This document shows positions 38,601 through 53,600 of a stretch of DNA of 64,000 bases, piece by piece. Location of the stretch: NCBI RefSeq assembly GCF_964355755.1, contig NC_092670.1, positions 7,244,201-7,308,200 of the forward strand, given 5' to 3'. The number at the start of each line of letters is the position of its first letter. Position 1 is the first letter of the stretch. The notes under the pieces were generated by a model. It made no database searches, was not told the DNA's origin, and saw only the letters and a program-made list of their open reading frames with translations. Position numbers and translations under genes: made by a program. The stretch comes from Antedon mediterranea. Lineage: Eukaryota > Animalia > Echinodermata.

Positions 38601-41600
38601 CCTCTTTATATATTTCTTATTCTTATAAAAATACTATATTAGTCTGATATAAACTTAAAAAAAAAACATATGTAAATTTGTCTGAATAAGGAAAAAATAA
38701 ATTTAAGATAAGAGAAAATACCTGGGTTGAGGAATAAGGCTATATGGGAGAAACCAGTCTAATAATTTTCATATTGATTAGGTTATTTTAATTTGGAAGT
38801 TACTGTAGGTCTGTATTCTGTACTAGAACATACCATTTTGGTACTGTGCAACTATAGTTTGTAATAATACGATTTATAAGGTTACTAAGACGTTTCTTTC
38901 AAAAATTAAAGTTAAAGATTTATCTAAGGTAAATTTTCAAATATCCTACCAGGATGGTGGATAATGCACTGTTTACAAAATCATGATCATCGAAAATTAT
39001 AGAAAATTTGTAAAATCACATATTTTTCACTATTAGTATTGCATCTGAATTATAAAAATGATTCTGAAACTTCATTGATTCTATTTTTAGATTTTGAATT
39101 GCCATACTTTGAAAATTGTCCTGAGTCATTCACTGTGGGAACAGATCCTGGATTAGCAACAGCCAACGTCTCTTGGTTTGAACCAGTTGCCATTGACATC
39201 AATGGTATAAACAGAACAGTGCAGAATTATTATCCCAATCAGATGTACAATATTTCAACATACACTTTGATGTATATTGCTTATGATAACTCAAATAACA
39301 ATGCAACATGTGAATTTGTCATTTCAGTGGAAGGTAGGTTTAACTCAATAATCTTACATTAATTTATACAATGATAGTTTCTTTAAAAAAATCCAAAGAT
39401 CAACACTAGTTATCCATTCATATTGTAAAAGGACCAATGAAGAAGTCAAAACGCAGTATAGATGTATTGACTAACTTATATTAATGTGTAAATTTCATTT
39501 CTTGCAAAGGTTGTGTATAGGCCTATTTGTATATTGTATGTTAATTTTCAGACCAGGAAATTCCTAATATTAATTGTCCTGATAATATAACAACGGAAAC
39601 GGATGCCGGATTAGACTCAGCATTAGTAGCTTGGAAGGTCCCTGTACCAAGTGATAACGTAGACATTTTGTCGACCAGTCCAGAGCCAAGCCCTGTCATT
39701 TCTCCTCCTGTAAATGTACCACTTACTGGTAATATGGCATACGTCCAAACATACACAGCTGAAGATACTTCAGGGAACATCGCAACCTGTACATTCTACA
39801 TTGTAGTTGAAGGTAAATTATTTGATTGTACACTTTTATTTTTGTGTACTAGTATTTGGTTATTGTAATTCATAACATTGTGTTGTGGTAAATAGATACA
39901 AGAGTGGGATTTATTGATCGTAAACAGCAGTTTGTTGGGCGTGCGTGTCCGACTGGTAGATTTTCTCAGTTCTGAAGTGGGCTGCTTTGGGTATGATCAG
40001 TCTGTTGTTGGAAGGTCTGTCTTATTGAGTGACATTCTCTTTTCAATAGCGTTCATAAATGTTGAATTGAAATTGATTCTAACACGGACTGGCAGTATCC
40101 CATTATTGTTTGTCAGTTTAGTCGTCAACTTTTATTCTGCCCATGTAGCTTCAAATTAGGCCTATTTTTAAAACGAAATTATTCTTAAAAAATATGGTGG
40201 AGTGTCACTGTTTTCTAGTCAATACACAGCAAAGTCACAAAAGTCTAAAACTCACGCTATCCTATTTTATGAAAATGTTAAGATTTCCGGAATGTTCTTC
40301 AGAAAATTTTTTTGTCATCATTGTGTATATAATAGACAAAGAACCACCTGTAATTACTGACTGTCCTCTGGATATGAATTTGGCAACATCTCCAGGTGTA
40401 AACTACACTACTGCCATCTGGACAGAACCAATAGCAGAAGATAATGCAGGAACTCCAAGTCTTGTTCCAACACACATTAATGGTAGTAGGTTTTACACAG
40501 GTGACACGATTGTAACATACACAGCTGAAGATGATTTTATGAATACTGCGACGTGTAATTTTACAATAAATGTACAAGGTTAGTGTTAAATTATTTTCCT
40601 TCAGTACTCCACATTTTGCGTATGACTATACAATAAAAAAAAATCAACTGTAAAAATAATATACAAAGTGTTTATTAATAAAATGGACCAACAGCATTAA
40701 ACAAACGATATATTTTTTAAAATGCTGATATATTTGCAGATATTGAACCTCCAGAGGTGTTGAGTTGTCCAGATAATACCACTTTTAGTACAGACTCTGG
40801 AAGCCCTTACAAAACAAACGTCAATTGGGAATTACCTACATTCCAGGATAATGTTCCTGGGTCATTAGATTACAGCAGTAATATAAATCCGTCATCAAAT
40901 ACATTTCAACTCGGAACTACAATGGTGACGTATGAAGCTACAGACACATCAATGAACACTGGTTATTGTATTTTCTACGTAACAATAATAGGTAATACAA
41001 TCATTCATCATCATAATTATCATCATGTTTTTAATTCAGTAATTTTAAATTATTGGTCAATAATCAACCATAATTTGAGCATGATATTTTTGAATATTTT
41101 GTATAGATGATGAACCACCAGTTTTAGAGTGTCCTGGTGACATAATTGATGTGGCAACTAACATATCTGGAATCAGTATCACTTGGTCAGACCCCACGTA
41201 TACTGATAATTCTGCAAAAACTATTATTTTAAGTTCAACAAGAAATTCAGCGGATGTGTTTACTTTTGGGAGACATAATGTCACATACACTGGAATTGAC
41301 CAATCAGGTAACAGTGGTACATGTAGATTTGAAATCACAATAGAAGGTAAGCTTTTATAAATTGATATCTTCATAACTATCTAAAGGATAAGATTTGTCA
41401 AATCATTAATTTTACCCAAATGGATTATAAATGTGTTTCAACAAAACAGAAAAAATAATTACGCAGAGCAATGAATTTCAAATTTTCTTTTTATTTAAGA
41501 TGAATAAATTCTCTAAATTGCTGTTCCAATACTACCATGTTTAAGCCAATAAAACATTAGATGTATCTGATATTATGATTTTTTGTACAGAAAAAAAAAC

Positions 41601-44600
41601 ATGTTCTTCAGAAAGATTTTTCATTGAGTTGATATTCTGTATGTTTTGTTTAACAGATAAAGAACCACCTGTGATTACTGACTGTCCTCCGGATATGAAT
41701 TTAAAAACATCTTCAGGTGTAAACTACACTACTGCCACCTGGACAGAACCAACGACAGAAGATAATGCACGAACTCCAAGTCTTGTAACAACACACAGTA
41801 ATGGTAGTAGGTTTTACACAGGTGACACGATTGTAACATACACAGCTGAAGATGATTTTATGAATACTGCTACATGTAATTTTACAATAACTGTACAAGG
41901 TTAGTGTTCAATTATTTTAACTAGATAGTACGCTCGCTTTGCTCGCGTTACCATCTAGGTCGTGCCCACAGATGGTTCTCGAATACACAGTAATTTCAGC
42001 GTAACAAAACTGGCGATTTCAATTGTACGCTTCGCTCGCGTACCATCTAGGTCGTGCCCACAGATGGTTTTCGAATACACAGTAATTTCAGCGTAACAAA
42101 ACTGGCGAATTCAAATGTACGTACCGCGGGACTATAATACATTGTCGTTTACAGAAACGAATAAATAGACCCGATTATTTATGTAGTCAACTAAAATTAG
42201 CACCCTGGGAATTACGTCCTTAGGAGAAACTTATCACAAAATGAGTCCAAATTTTTTGATTTGGATTCATTTAAAGAAACCCAATTTGTGTTTTGTATGT
42301 AACATTAGGGTTGAAGAATGGGAAAGCGGATATATTTTTTATCCACTCAGTAACGAAATATTGTTTTCATGTTTTATAGGCCTATAAATAATATACCTCT
42401 AAATACAGTAAAACATTTGCGATGTAATACTTTTTTTTAAACTGTCACTGTCATAATCGATTGAAATATTTAAGTACATGTCACGATACACCACTACGAC
42501 GTTTATATTTTGTTGGTAATTATTAATTAATACAAACGTTGAGAAGGAACTGTCAGTATAAGTTTATTTGTATATAATAATGTGTTTATATATCTAACAG
42601 TAGAGCCTATCCACAATCTCAGTAATAAAGTTTATTTGTATATATTTTTTTATTACATCTAACAGTACGAACATTCACAGTAAGAAATGCTCGATTCAAA
42701 TGAGGACCAAAAATAGTTAATAGGTATTTACAGTATTGTTCAAGTTTATTCTCAAAGGGCCCATATCTTTACCTACCATGTGTTAAACCAAGGGATCATA
42801 AATTTATACCTACTTGTGTTAAACCAAACTCTGGCAGACTGAAAGATTGGGATGTTCCATTCATCTCAAATCAATACATTTGTATAATTGTATATTAAAT
42901 CTATCAAAATAGTATTTTTTAAGAAAATCGACCTGTCTTCAACATTATGATGCTGTACTCTAGCTGTTCAACCGGTTTTCAGCTATTAAAAACAATTATC
43001 GTAGGAGGAGATAGGAAAATGCGAAGCCTCCTCGCATTTTTGTGGCGGGTATTTTTCAAGATTGACATCCATTAGACAGTGTATACCACGATCGGAAAAC
43101 ACCCCTATTTGGGACAAATCGTTGAACTTAAATTCGTTTTAATCGTCACTAACTAATTATCTAACTTTATTTAATTAGTAAACAGGGTTACATCAGGTGG
43201 TTAAAATCAGTACCGAAAGTACAAACCAACTTTATATACCATCGAGTAGGCCTAAAAAGTCTAGAAGTAAGGCGCGATTTACCGAATTTTGCCCTTACGT
43301 AAATTCATATATAGATGTGAAAGTTTCTTACTTTTCTACAGTACTCCACAATTTACGTATGGTTATAACAATAAGAAAAAATTAACTGTAGAAATAATAC
43401 ACAAAGTGTGTATTGATAAAATGTACCAACAGTATTAAACAAATCATATATTTTTTTAAATGCTGATATATTTGCAGATATTGAACCTCCAGAGGTGTTG
43501 AGTTGTCCAGATAATACCACTTTTAGTACAGACTCTGGAAGCCCTTACAAAACAAACGTCAATTGGGAATTACCTACATTCCAGGATAATGTTCCTGGGT
43601 CATTAGATTACAGCAGTAATATAAATCCGTCATCAAATACATTTCAACTCGGAACTACAATGGTGACGTATGAAGCTACAGACACATCAATGAACACTGG
43701 TTATTGTATATTCTACATAACAATAATAGGTAATAAAACTGAATGAATGGCAATATCATTCATCATCATAATTATCATCATGTTTTTAATTCTGTAATTT
43801 TAATTTATTGCACCAACAAAATCAACCATAATGTGAGCATGTTTTTTTATGAATATTATGTAGATGATGAACCACCAGTTTTACAGTGTCCTGGTGACAT
43901 AATCGATGTGGCAACCAACATATCTGGAATCAGCATTATTTGGACAGACCCTACGTATACTGATAATTCTGGAAACACTATTATTTTAAGTTCAACGAGA
44001 AATTCAGGACATGTGTTTACTTTTGGTATACATAATGTAACATACACTGGAATTGACCAATCAGGGAACAGTGGTACATGTGGATTTGAAATCACAATAG
44101 GAGGCAAGACATTTTATATACAATAACCGTAGTGATCCGTGTGCATCTGTATCTATTCAGAATTCAGAATTATGCAGAGCAATTCAATTATCAGTGTTAT
44201 TAATTTACATTGTTTAATATTATGAGGTAGTCTGTACAGTTATGTGTTACAATGATTTTTGTTTGTTAACAGATTCATGTTCTTCTTCACCATGTCAAAA
44301 TGGAGGAACTTGTGTACAGTTAGTTGCGAACTTGACGTGTATCTGTCCTGTATTGTATGAAGGCAACTTATGTCAAACAATACCTGGTAACGTTAAATAT
44401 CTTACCGCCTTGTATTTATTATGTTCTCAGATCTAATAGCCAGAAATATTGAATATGTATATTACTTTATGTATTATTATTATTACTTATTTTTGTCTGA
44501 TAAAACTGGATTCTTTCTAAAACTCATAACTTACACCTGATAAATCAAATAAAAATAATATTATTACCAATAAACTAGGCCTATTTACTATGACTATGAT

Positions 44601-47600
44601 TTACTATTATCTGTGACAGTTTTTATCCATCAATACCGAATCCACAACTCAAATTACTCGGAGAGGGTGTTTAACCATGTCCTAAAGTCCCATCCAAAGT
44701 ACCTGGCAATAAACCTTGCGCGATATTCTGAAACTCTTTTCACATAGAACAATTTATCAATATAAGCATTTAAACTTTCGCTACGAAAATAGGAACTATG
44801 GTATTAATGGCCATTATTGTGTTGGGATACCTACTTTTATTTACATTTTTATCTGGATAATTCTGTTGCCTAATGCCATCCTTTATTGGAAATAGAGGTA
44901 AAAGCCCAAAGATAGTCGTAAAATGATTATTTATCTATTATCTATTATTAACTTTAACTTCAAGACTTAAAATAAGTAAATTATTTGTCTAAAGCTCTGT
45001 CTACACTATCAAACTTTATGTGACAAAAAAAATGTGATATGGACACGATAACGCCTATCACTACCATATTTGGGCACAAACTAGTTTGATAGGATCTAGA
45101 AAGAGCTTTAGAACTATAAAAACAGTCTTGTGACCACAACTATTCCAAAATAATGTTTCATAGGGTTAATTTCTCGTCACTGCTTCTAAAAATTAATGAA
45201 ATCATCTGCAATGTACTGTAATTACTATTGTTTTACTATGATAAACAATAGACTTGTCTATACAACGCTAAGGTGCATTTTATATTTTGTAAAAGACCAA
45301 TTCCAAGTGAAATGATAGACATTAACAATATATGATATGTTTAGGTAAACCCACAGCAGAAATCCAGCTGTTATCTCAGAGTATTAATTTACAAAGCAAA
45401 GTTACTTTCCAATGTACTGTAAAGAACTCAGTTGATTGGCGTTGGTATAAAGATGACATTGAACTCTCCTCTGAAACACGAAGTCTAAAGAATCTAACAA
45501 TTAACGAAGTAGGTCTGGAAAATCAAGGCTATTATTACTGTAAAGCATTTGGGGTATCGCCACATGATGACGTAACAGATACCTCAATGAAGGCAGTTCT
45601 GGTTGTAACAGGTAAACTTGTTACTTATTTTCTACACAGTAGTTTCCTTAAATGTATAAGGTAATACAAACAGAATCACTGAACTAATTTACTACAGAGA
45701 ATATAACATTTATACATCATATTTCTTCTTTTTTTCTGTTTATCCCCTCATTCATTGCAACTGCACATTTATACATATACAAGTTTGATATTAGTTTTTG
45801 TTGCTGTAAAATAAATAAAATTCATCTACATCTCCAGATTCATCGCTTAATAACAAATTAAGTGGATAATAGGAACTAGAAAAATACTGCTCGTCTAGTT
45901 CTTAAATACAATGTAAACTTAAACAATGCAATGTAATTGGTGATATTGTATATCGAAAAATGAAGGTGCGGCGTCATACAACATATTGTAAACAATCGAA
46001 TAAGCAGTTTTAAGTGATGATAATCATACACTGTTAATCGTATGCCTGTTCATTTCTATATAATCCATTTCTAATTGTGTACAGTAATGGTTCCGGATAA
46101 ATTTAATTAGAATCTGCAGAAGAACTGAATAATTTTGCTTATGGTAGTGCAGCTTTGTATGAATATTTAAATAAAAAACGTTAAAAAACTTACGTTTTTA
46201 TTATTATTTAGATGCGTTTACCGTTCGAGTGTCGGTATCTTTCCTGAATTTACAATTCACCTCTGGTTTGACTGATTCGTCTTCTGAAGAATTCAAAAAC
46301 ACTTCTACAATGATTGTTAATTTGGTAAGTTTTGTCAAAGCTAATTTGTTAACAAAAGCTTGTTTTTATTGGTAGAGATTTGCTGACTAATTCTAAACAA
46401 AATAATGAATAAATTCAAAATTGTGGATAATTTATATCTGCTTCCTGGTCAATTCTGGAAACATACCGGTAAGCGTTTTTACTGCTATGTAATAATCATT
46501 TAATATATTTTAATCATCAAGAACCAACATGATATAAAAGTAGGCCTACATTATTACTGCCTTGTTTAAAACAATTTAAACAATAATTCCTCTGCAAAAT
46601 AACTTATTTATGAGTTTGATTTATTGTTATTAGTAGACCCAATAATGTTAAGGTTATTTACAAGTATTGGTTGATCAATTGAAACAGGTAACTGTACATT
46701 TGCTTTTTCACTTTTTAGTCGCGTGGAAGCGACTCTATAGTTCACTATGTCGGTCGGTCGGTCTGTCTGTCGGTCTGTCTGTCGGTCTGTCTGTCGGTCT
46801 GTCTGTCTGTCTGTCGGTCCGGTATCACTATGCGTTTTATCGCTTTATGACCTTATCTTGATATCAGTTTAATCTAGCTAAGTCAATTTTTCACAGAATA
46901 TTCCTTATTGCCAGGAATCGATGTGGTTATGTTTTCACGGTGCGCAATAAAAAATTACGCGGTCTACGCACGATTTAACGAAATCACGTTTGTAATCATA
47001 TCTTAACAACCATGAATCACAATTAAATAAAATTTGGTACTCATAAATTTCAGGGCATAAATCATCATATGGCAATACAATTACGTGCGTAGCGCATGTA
47101 ACGCATGCTTACGCGCGCTTAAAATTTTCAAAATTTATTTTCGATGAAATAAGAGTACGTTTCAGGCAATTTTAAGCGTTTACAAAATTGCCATGAGTGC
47201 ACAGATGTTTGCGTTAAATGTTATTGCGCACTCATTTTGCCCGATTTCTGTTTTCTTGACTTACTTTTCAACTCGAAATTACGTTATACGAGCACGTCAA
47301 AAGTGACAGGCTACGCACGTGTAAATTAAAAAAATATAAATGTTTTTAAACATTTCAACATTTTTAAACATGTTCAGTAATTTCGGTCAGTATAGTTCAC
47401 TATGTCGGTCGGTCCGTCTGTCTGTCGGTCTGTCTGTCTGTCGGTCTGTTTGTCTGTCGGTCCGGTATCACTATGCATTGTAGCACGCGACTTAATGGCT
47501 GTTGGCCTTGTTTATTTTACAGTTAACTGAGAGTATAAGTATAAGTGATATATTTGTTCAAGTTCTTAGCCTTAGTGCTGGAAGTGTGATTGCAGATATC

Positions 47601-50600
47601 AATATACATACTCCAAGTGTAGACACAACTTACGATAATTTTATGAACAGTTTATCAGAAGACTTTAATACATTAGCAAATAACGGAACTATTGGACAAT
47701 TTTCAATATTTAGCACTGGTAAGTCAAAATAATTCAAACTACTACAACATTAGTTTTATGAACCTGGATGTAATAATTGTATCTATACAATTGTAATATA
47801 GATGTATGTAAACACTAGATACTCAACAAGGTACCGTAAAATTAAAAAGAGATCAGGAAAGGGACTCTCTAAACTGGCCTTATGTATGTATGTCTATTCA
47901 CAGCCGATTATGTGAGCTTTATCACACATTAATATCCCATTTAAAAAAAATAAAGTACATCTTTAATTAATTATTAATTTAATTATGAACGACATTAACA
48001 TAGATAATTTTAATTTCAACATACAAAGGCTAGATTATAGATTTAATTCTTGAGAGACGCAGCTGGAACAAATTAATTAATCACATCACAATTAATATTG
48101 AGTTTTGATTTTGTAAAAGCTGTATTGATGATAAAAGTAGCAAAGAATGACAAATCACAACTGAAATTGTATTATATCGTTAGATGTAATATAATGGTAT
48201 AGTAATAAAATAATATTTTACCTTTTTATTACAGAGAATTGTGGCTTAGATATCATAGAAGGTTTAACGTTCAACCGTTCTGAAGTTGGTAAAAATGTAT
48301 CATCAGAAGAAGTTTGTCCACAATCTGCAGTCGAATGTAAGCTTTTTATGTTTTATTATGTTTAAACATTTTAAATGACCAGCAGTATTATATTTTGTTT
48401 TATATAATAAGAATGTTTAATCTTAGGTCTTTGGTCTATAGCTTTCTTAATCTTAGGTTTTGTTACACGACGTTGTAACACGTCGGTCGTGGCAAATCGA
48501 GAGCTTCCTAATAAGTTAAAACTAACATTATACTTTACACACAACACAAATAGGTCAAGCTTCCAAGTTTATTCAGAGTATACATATTTAACAATACATA
48601 ATATTTATTTCTACTGATACTGTACAAGCAATGCTAAAAACTACTAAAGCTTAATAATAAACTACATTTTGGCCTCTTGGGGGCTACCACTCATATGACA
48701 TCGCTGTATGAAAGGTCCAGTGTGTTGTCACAGGAGCCAGTAAATCAAATGGTTGTTATTAAGTATATCGGTAAGGATGTAAGTGACATCCGTTAGGTAA
48801 ATTGTGGAATTTGGGGGAAAAATAATTCCCCAGAATTATACCAGCCAAATTAGCGAATAACATGAGTAACATATGAGTAGCGCCTGTGTTGAGTTAGGTG
48901 TTGGATGATGCCGGGGGATGGCTGGGTGTGAAAGATTGAAAAGTTTGTACAACTATCGAACGGCTAATTTAACAATGAAGTGTGCTAGTATGCATCTTAG
49001 TAAACAACTGAAAACACACTTAATTCCCATTGGTTGCCAATTAGAAATTAGCCTATCCTACATTTTTGTGGTTCCACTATTAGATATACCCGTTGGTCTA
49101 TAGAAATACATTGTCAATTACTGTGGTTGGAACTTTGATAAAGTTTCTCCCTTGACTAATATTCCGTTTTAATTACATGTAAAAACAATATACCATTCAT
49201 CCTAACACTTCTATTACTCTGAAATCTACCCACATTTATATACCACATCCTAGTTAAAAGAAAGTACTTGTGCTGTGTATAAACTATAATTTATTACTTT
49301 AAATTTCCTTATATATCCTTGTCATAGATGGTATGTCCCTGGGATTCTCTATATGCTTTAGTGATGGCCTGTCACCTGCTATGTGGCAAGATGTGATGCA
49401 TCGGAACTGTAGTGAGGCTACATCTGATCAACTTTTAAAAAGGTTAAGTATGGTTAGTATAGACATTTATATAAATATTGTTCAAAGAATTGTATTAGAT
49501 AATGTTATTGAAATCTTGTTTGACCTCAAATTTGTACTTCTAAACTTGTAGATACAAAATATTTTTAACACACTTTAATATTTATTTATTTCTATTATTA
49601 TTAAAATATAAATGTTGACAGGGTAAGTAAATTTATTTTCCGGCCGTGCTGTTATTTTATTATTTATTATTTTACCATCGAAACACAGTTCACCTGTTCC
49701 ATTGTGAAATTCCAATTGAATTGCATCTATCCTAAACTTAATTTTGAGCTGAGGTTGATTTGCAGAGCCTTTTCAATGTTTTATTACAATTTATTGTAGA
49801 TGCCAATTACAGAGGATAACGCAGAGGAAGTTCTTCAAGCAGTTAACAACATTACAACAACTGAACCAGATACCATAACACCAGACGGTTTGGAAGCAAC
49901 TGCAGAGATTATCGAAAGTGTTATTTCTGTAAATTCAACATCTTCCGAGGTGATTTTATTCATTGTTTTGTTTACAATACCGTAGATAAAGCAACCATAG
50001 TGTAACTAGAGTTATTCATATTTTATGTTTTGCTATAATTCCCATACAGGTGACATCAACGTTAGTTGACACTGTTGCTAGTCTGTTCGAAGTAGATGAT
50101 GATGTACTCTTAGAGAGTCAGATGGAAACACAAGCTCCTAGTAGAATTGTGGAATCCCTTGAAGAACAATTAGCAGTTGTTGATCTTGAAAACGAAAAAT
50201 ATGAATTTATAACAAACACGGTAGCAGTGCAAGCTCAGAGTTTGAAAAGCAATGAATTTGACAACATGGGGATTGGAATCGCATCTTACAAATCGGCAGA
50301 TTCTAGTGTAATTGTGAATTTGACAGGATTCATTGAGCCAGAAGAGCTTGATAATTCTGCGTCTGTGGCATCTGTCAGTATCTATATTCCTGCTATTTAC
50401 ATTCTTGCAACCTCCGATGGTAAGTTGACTGCAAAACATTATAAAACCATAAACAGCATCAATCATCATCCATTATTTATCATAACGTTATAGGCCTATG
50501 TTATTTGAGAAAGCTAAGAGCTGCTTAAAACACAATATTGAATTTCGTAATGACTTTCTTTTTTTAAAGCCATTGCTCAGAAACAAGCAGGTTAAACAGA

Positions 50601-53600
50601 ACATTGAAAATGATTTTGCCTAGAAATTGTTCAGCAAAAAATGTTTCTCTACTGATTATTCGATGTTTTTTTAAAATAATTAGGTGCTGATTTGCGTGTG
50701 GTTACAGTGGTATATAATGATAGTTCACTCTTTCCGACAAACCAGTTTGATACTGACACCAGGCGACCCAATGGTCAAGTTATTTCAACTTCAATACCCG
50801 GTGTTGAACTGAAAAATTTATCAGATCCAATAATAACAACATTTATTCCTGCTGAAGTAAATATACATTTCCAATTGATTTACGTTGATTGTTAGTTCAG
50901 TAGACAAACTATGTTCATAACTATGGCCAAACCATTATTAAAGGAACTCCCTTATAAAAGTGTGTCAAATGGTTATGATGCTTTCTCTGGTTTAGTGAGT
51001 TTTCTAACCTTATGATCCTTCAGGAAATTACCTGATGCATTCACAATCATACACATTTTTATTTCCTTTATTTCTAGATATCTGAGAATAACAACGAGAC
51101 AGCCTGTGTTTTTTGGGATTTTAAACTTGATGATGGTAATGGTGGCTGGTCAAGTGCTGGATGCTACTTAGCTAATGGATCGTTGGATGGCAGTGACAGA
51201 CAAATTTGTCATTGTGACCATTTAACAAATTTTGCAATTCTTATGGTAAAATTATGAATGTTTTAGTTTAGTTTATTTGTTGACTCACTTTTTGTTTTAT
51301 TTATTATTAATTTTACTGAGGGTGACCTAAAACAGTATAAAATGACTGCCAAATGGTCCTCACATAATTACAAACGATAACATTAGCATGAATGGACGCG
51401 TCGAGTACAATTTTATCCCAAAAAATGAACACAAATTTGTTTTTTAATGATTTTCTCCTTGGAATATTCAAAATGAAAATTATTATTAAGTCAAACACAT
51501 CATTGGGGTTTTTTAATGGATGGTGTCCGGCGGGGGATAGTTTAACCCTAGCTTAATTTGTGCATGCTTCATTTACTCTCTATATTCTTAATTCTGGCCC
51601 CGAAACCTTGACTCAGAAATGCCGGGATGGTGTCCGGCGGGGGATAGTTTATTACCATTAGTTAAGGTCTAATGTAAAGCACCTAGAGGGGTCAGTGATC
51701 CATTAGGCGCTATATACATACTGTTTATTATTATTATTATTAAATTAATCTAGATGATTTAGATACACTATGAGCATTTTGTGAATTGGAACCTCTATGA
51801 CTGATCTGTAAGTCTGGCAGTGTAACTGAAGTGTGGAACTACAGCTCTATGTTGATGGATGTTAACGCGTAGTGTGAGAGGAAAGGCAAAGTATTTTAAA
51901 GATGTGAAAGACGTCAGCTTTAACGATATCGAATGGTTGTTGCAGATAACACATTCTTGAATAGAAACGCCAGCACAGGCGTGATATTTATTTCGCTTAA
52001 GTTTGATTTATCATCACAAGATCTATAGCAATTAATCCTAAACTAATTTTGAAATGTGAGCTAATAATAATAGGTAATGAATAATATGAATCATAATAAA
52101 AGACTTTTTAAGTTTTTTTTTTTTGTTTAGAATTTTTACTCAAGAGATGATACTGATGGGCCTCCTATTGTTATAGTTATAGCAAGGTACATCACAAATA
52201 TTGGTCTTGGTATTTCAATCGCTTGTTTACTTGCAACTATATTTACCTTTACAACCAACAGGTAGGGCTTAGAATTTATCATAACTATTGTATACGTTCA
52301 CTAGAAAATTCGTTGAAATTATGTAAATGTTGTAATGTTTTAAAATTTGTTCTTATAGTAGAAATTAACAGTGCATGTTGGGCATACAATACATTATAAA
52401 ACAGAAATTTATTTTCCTTTCATTTTCAGAAAGCTGCGAAACAGTAAACCACAACAGATTTTATGTCACTTGTGTGTATCATTACTCGGCTTGTATTTGG
52501 TCTTTCTCGTTGGAATTGACAGAACAAAAAAACGGCGCGCTTGTACAGTAATTGCTGGTCTGATTCACTACTTTCTGTTGACATCTATCTTTTGGATGTC
52601 AGTGCAGGCTATTCATATGTATTATTCATTTGTTAAAGTTTATGATGCACACATTTCTAGGTTTTTCTTAAAGGCCTGTCTTTTTGCTTGGGGTAAGTGG
52701 CTCATCGTATACTCTAATTTTATCAATCATAATTTTGTATAAGTACTAATTTTCTCTACATATTACTGTAAAAAAAGATCAATGTAAAAAAAATGACTAA
52801 AAGCATGTCATTGATGATGAAAACTGATGTTGCGTAAGGGTGATAAACTTGGGGAAAATGAATTTACTGGTGCCATGTATTGTTATGCATTACTATTATT
52901 TGTTTTTAACTTTTGTCAATTAGAAATAATGTTAGCTTATCGTAATTACAAAATGTTAAATTCATAATATTTAAAAACTTTAATTTCGTTACCAATGAAA
53001 ATACAAATGAGTAAAGTGAAAACAAATCATATACAAATGGATGCATATGCTCTATTGGATTATCAAAGCGATGACGGGATGGATGCTAGTATCATGTGTA
53101 CGTGAACAGTTTGATGATTAAGATTAGGATTGTGCATCTTATCATAAAGTTTTCAATATTGACAGGTATACCAGTTGTAATTGTTGCTGTAACTGTTGGA
53201 ATTGATGTTGACAATTATGCAGATACAGACTAGTAAGTAACGTTAGCCTACTGCACAGATACCAGATTAAACCTTCTTAACTACTGAGATTAATTTTCTT
53301 TTCTTTCTTTCTTGTATGTACTTTCCATCTATTGTAACATGATCTAATGTATTAGATTATGTTTAACAACTCTTTTATTAATGTATGGAACTTCTCATTC
53401 ATAATGGTGTTAAGCAAAATATTGTTTACTTTCACAAATTTCTCATCTACCATTTCAGATGTTTCACATTTTGCATTCGCAGTATTGTTATGCTTTCACT
53501 TTTGTAAATGTCTTGTAATATAAATGTTATCTCATTTTATGGCATGGTCTAGTCACGTCTCGGTTTTGGCAATCTTACAGATATTCATTATTTTCATGTT

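Noticed and set aside
39870-40160. ORF 39914-40159 / possible antisense LINE 3' end
   Set aside because: No splice-compatible domain and no diagnostic motif; too weak to call.
48460-49160. GC-richer intron segment, possible LTR or LINE remnant
   Set aside because: No paired termini, TSD or readable protein motif.
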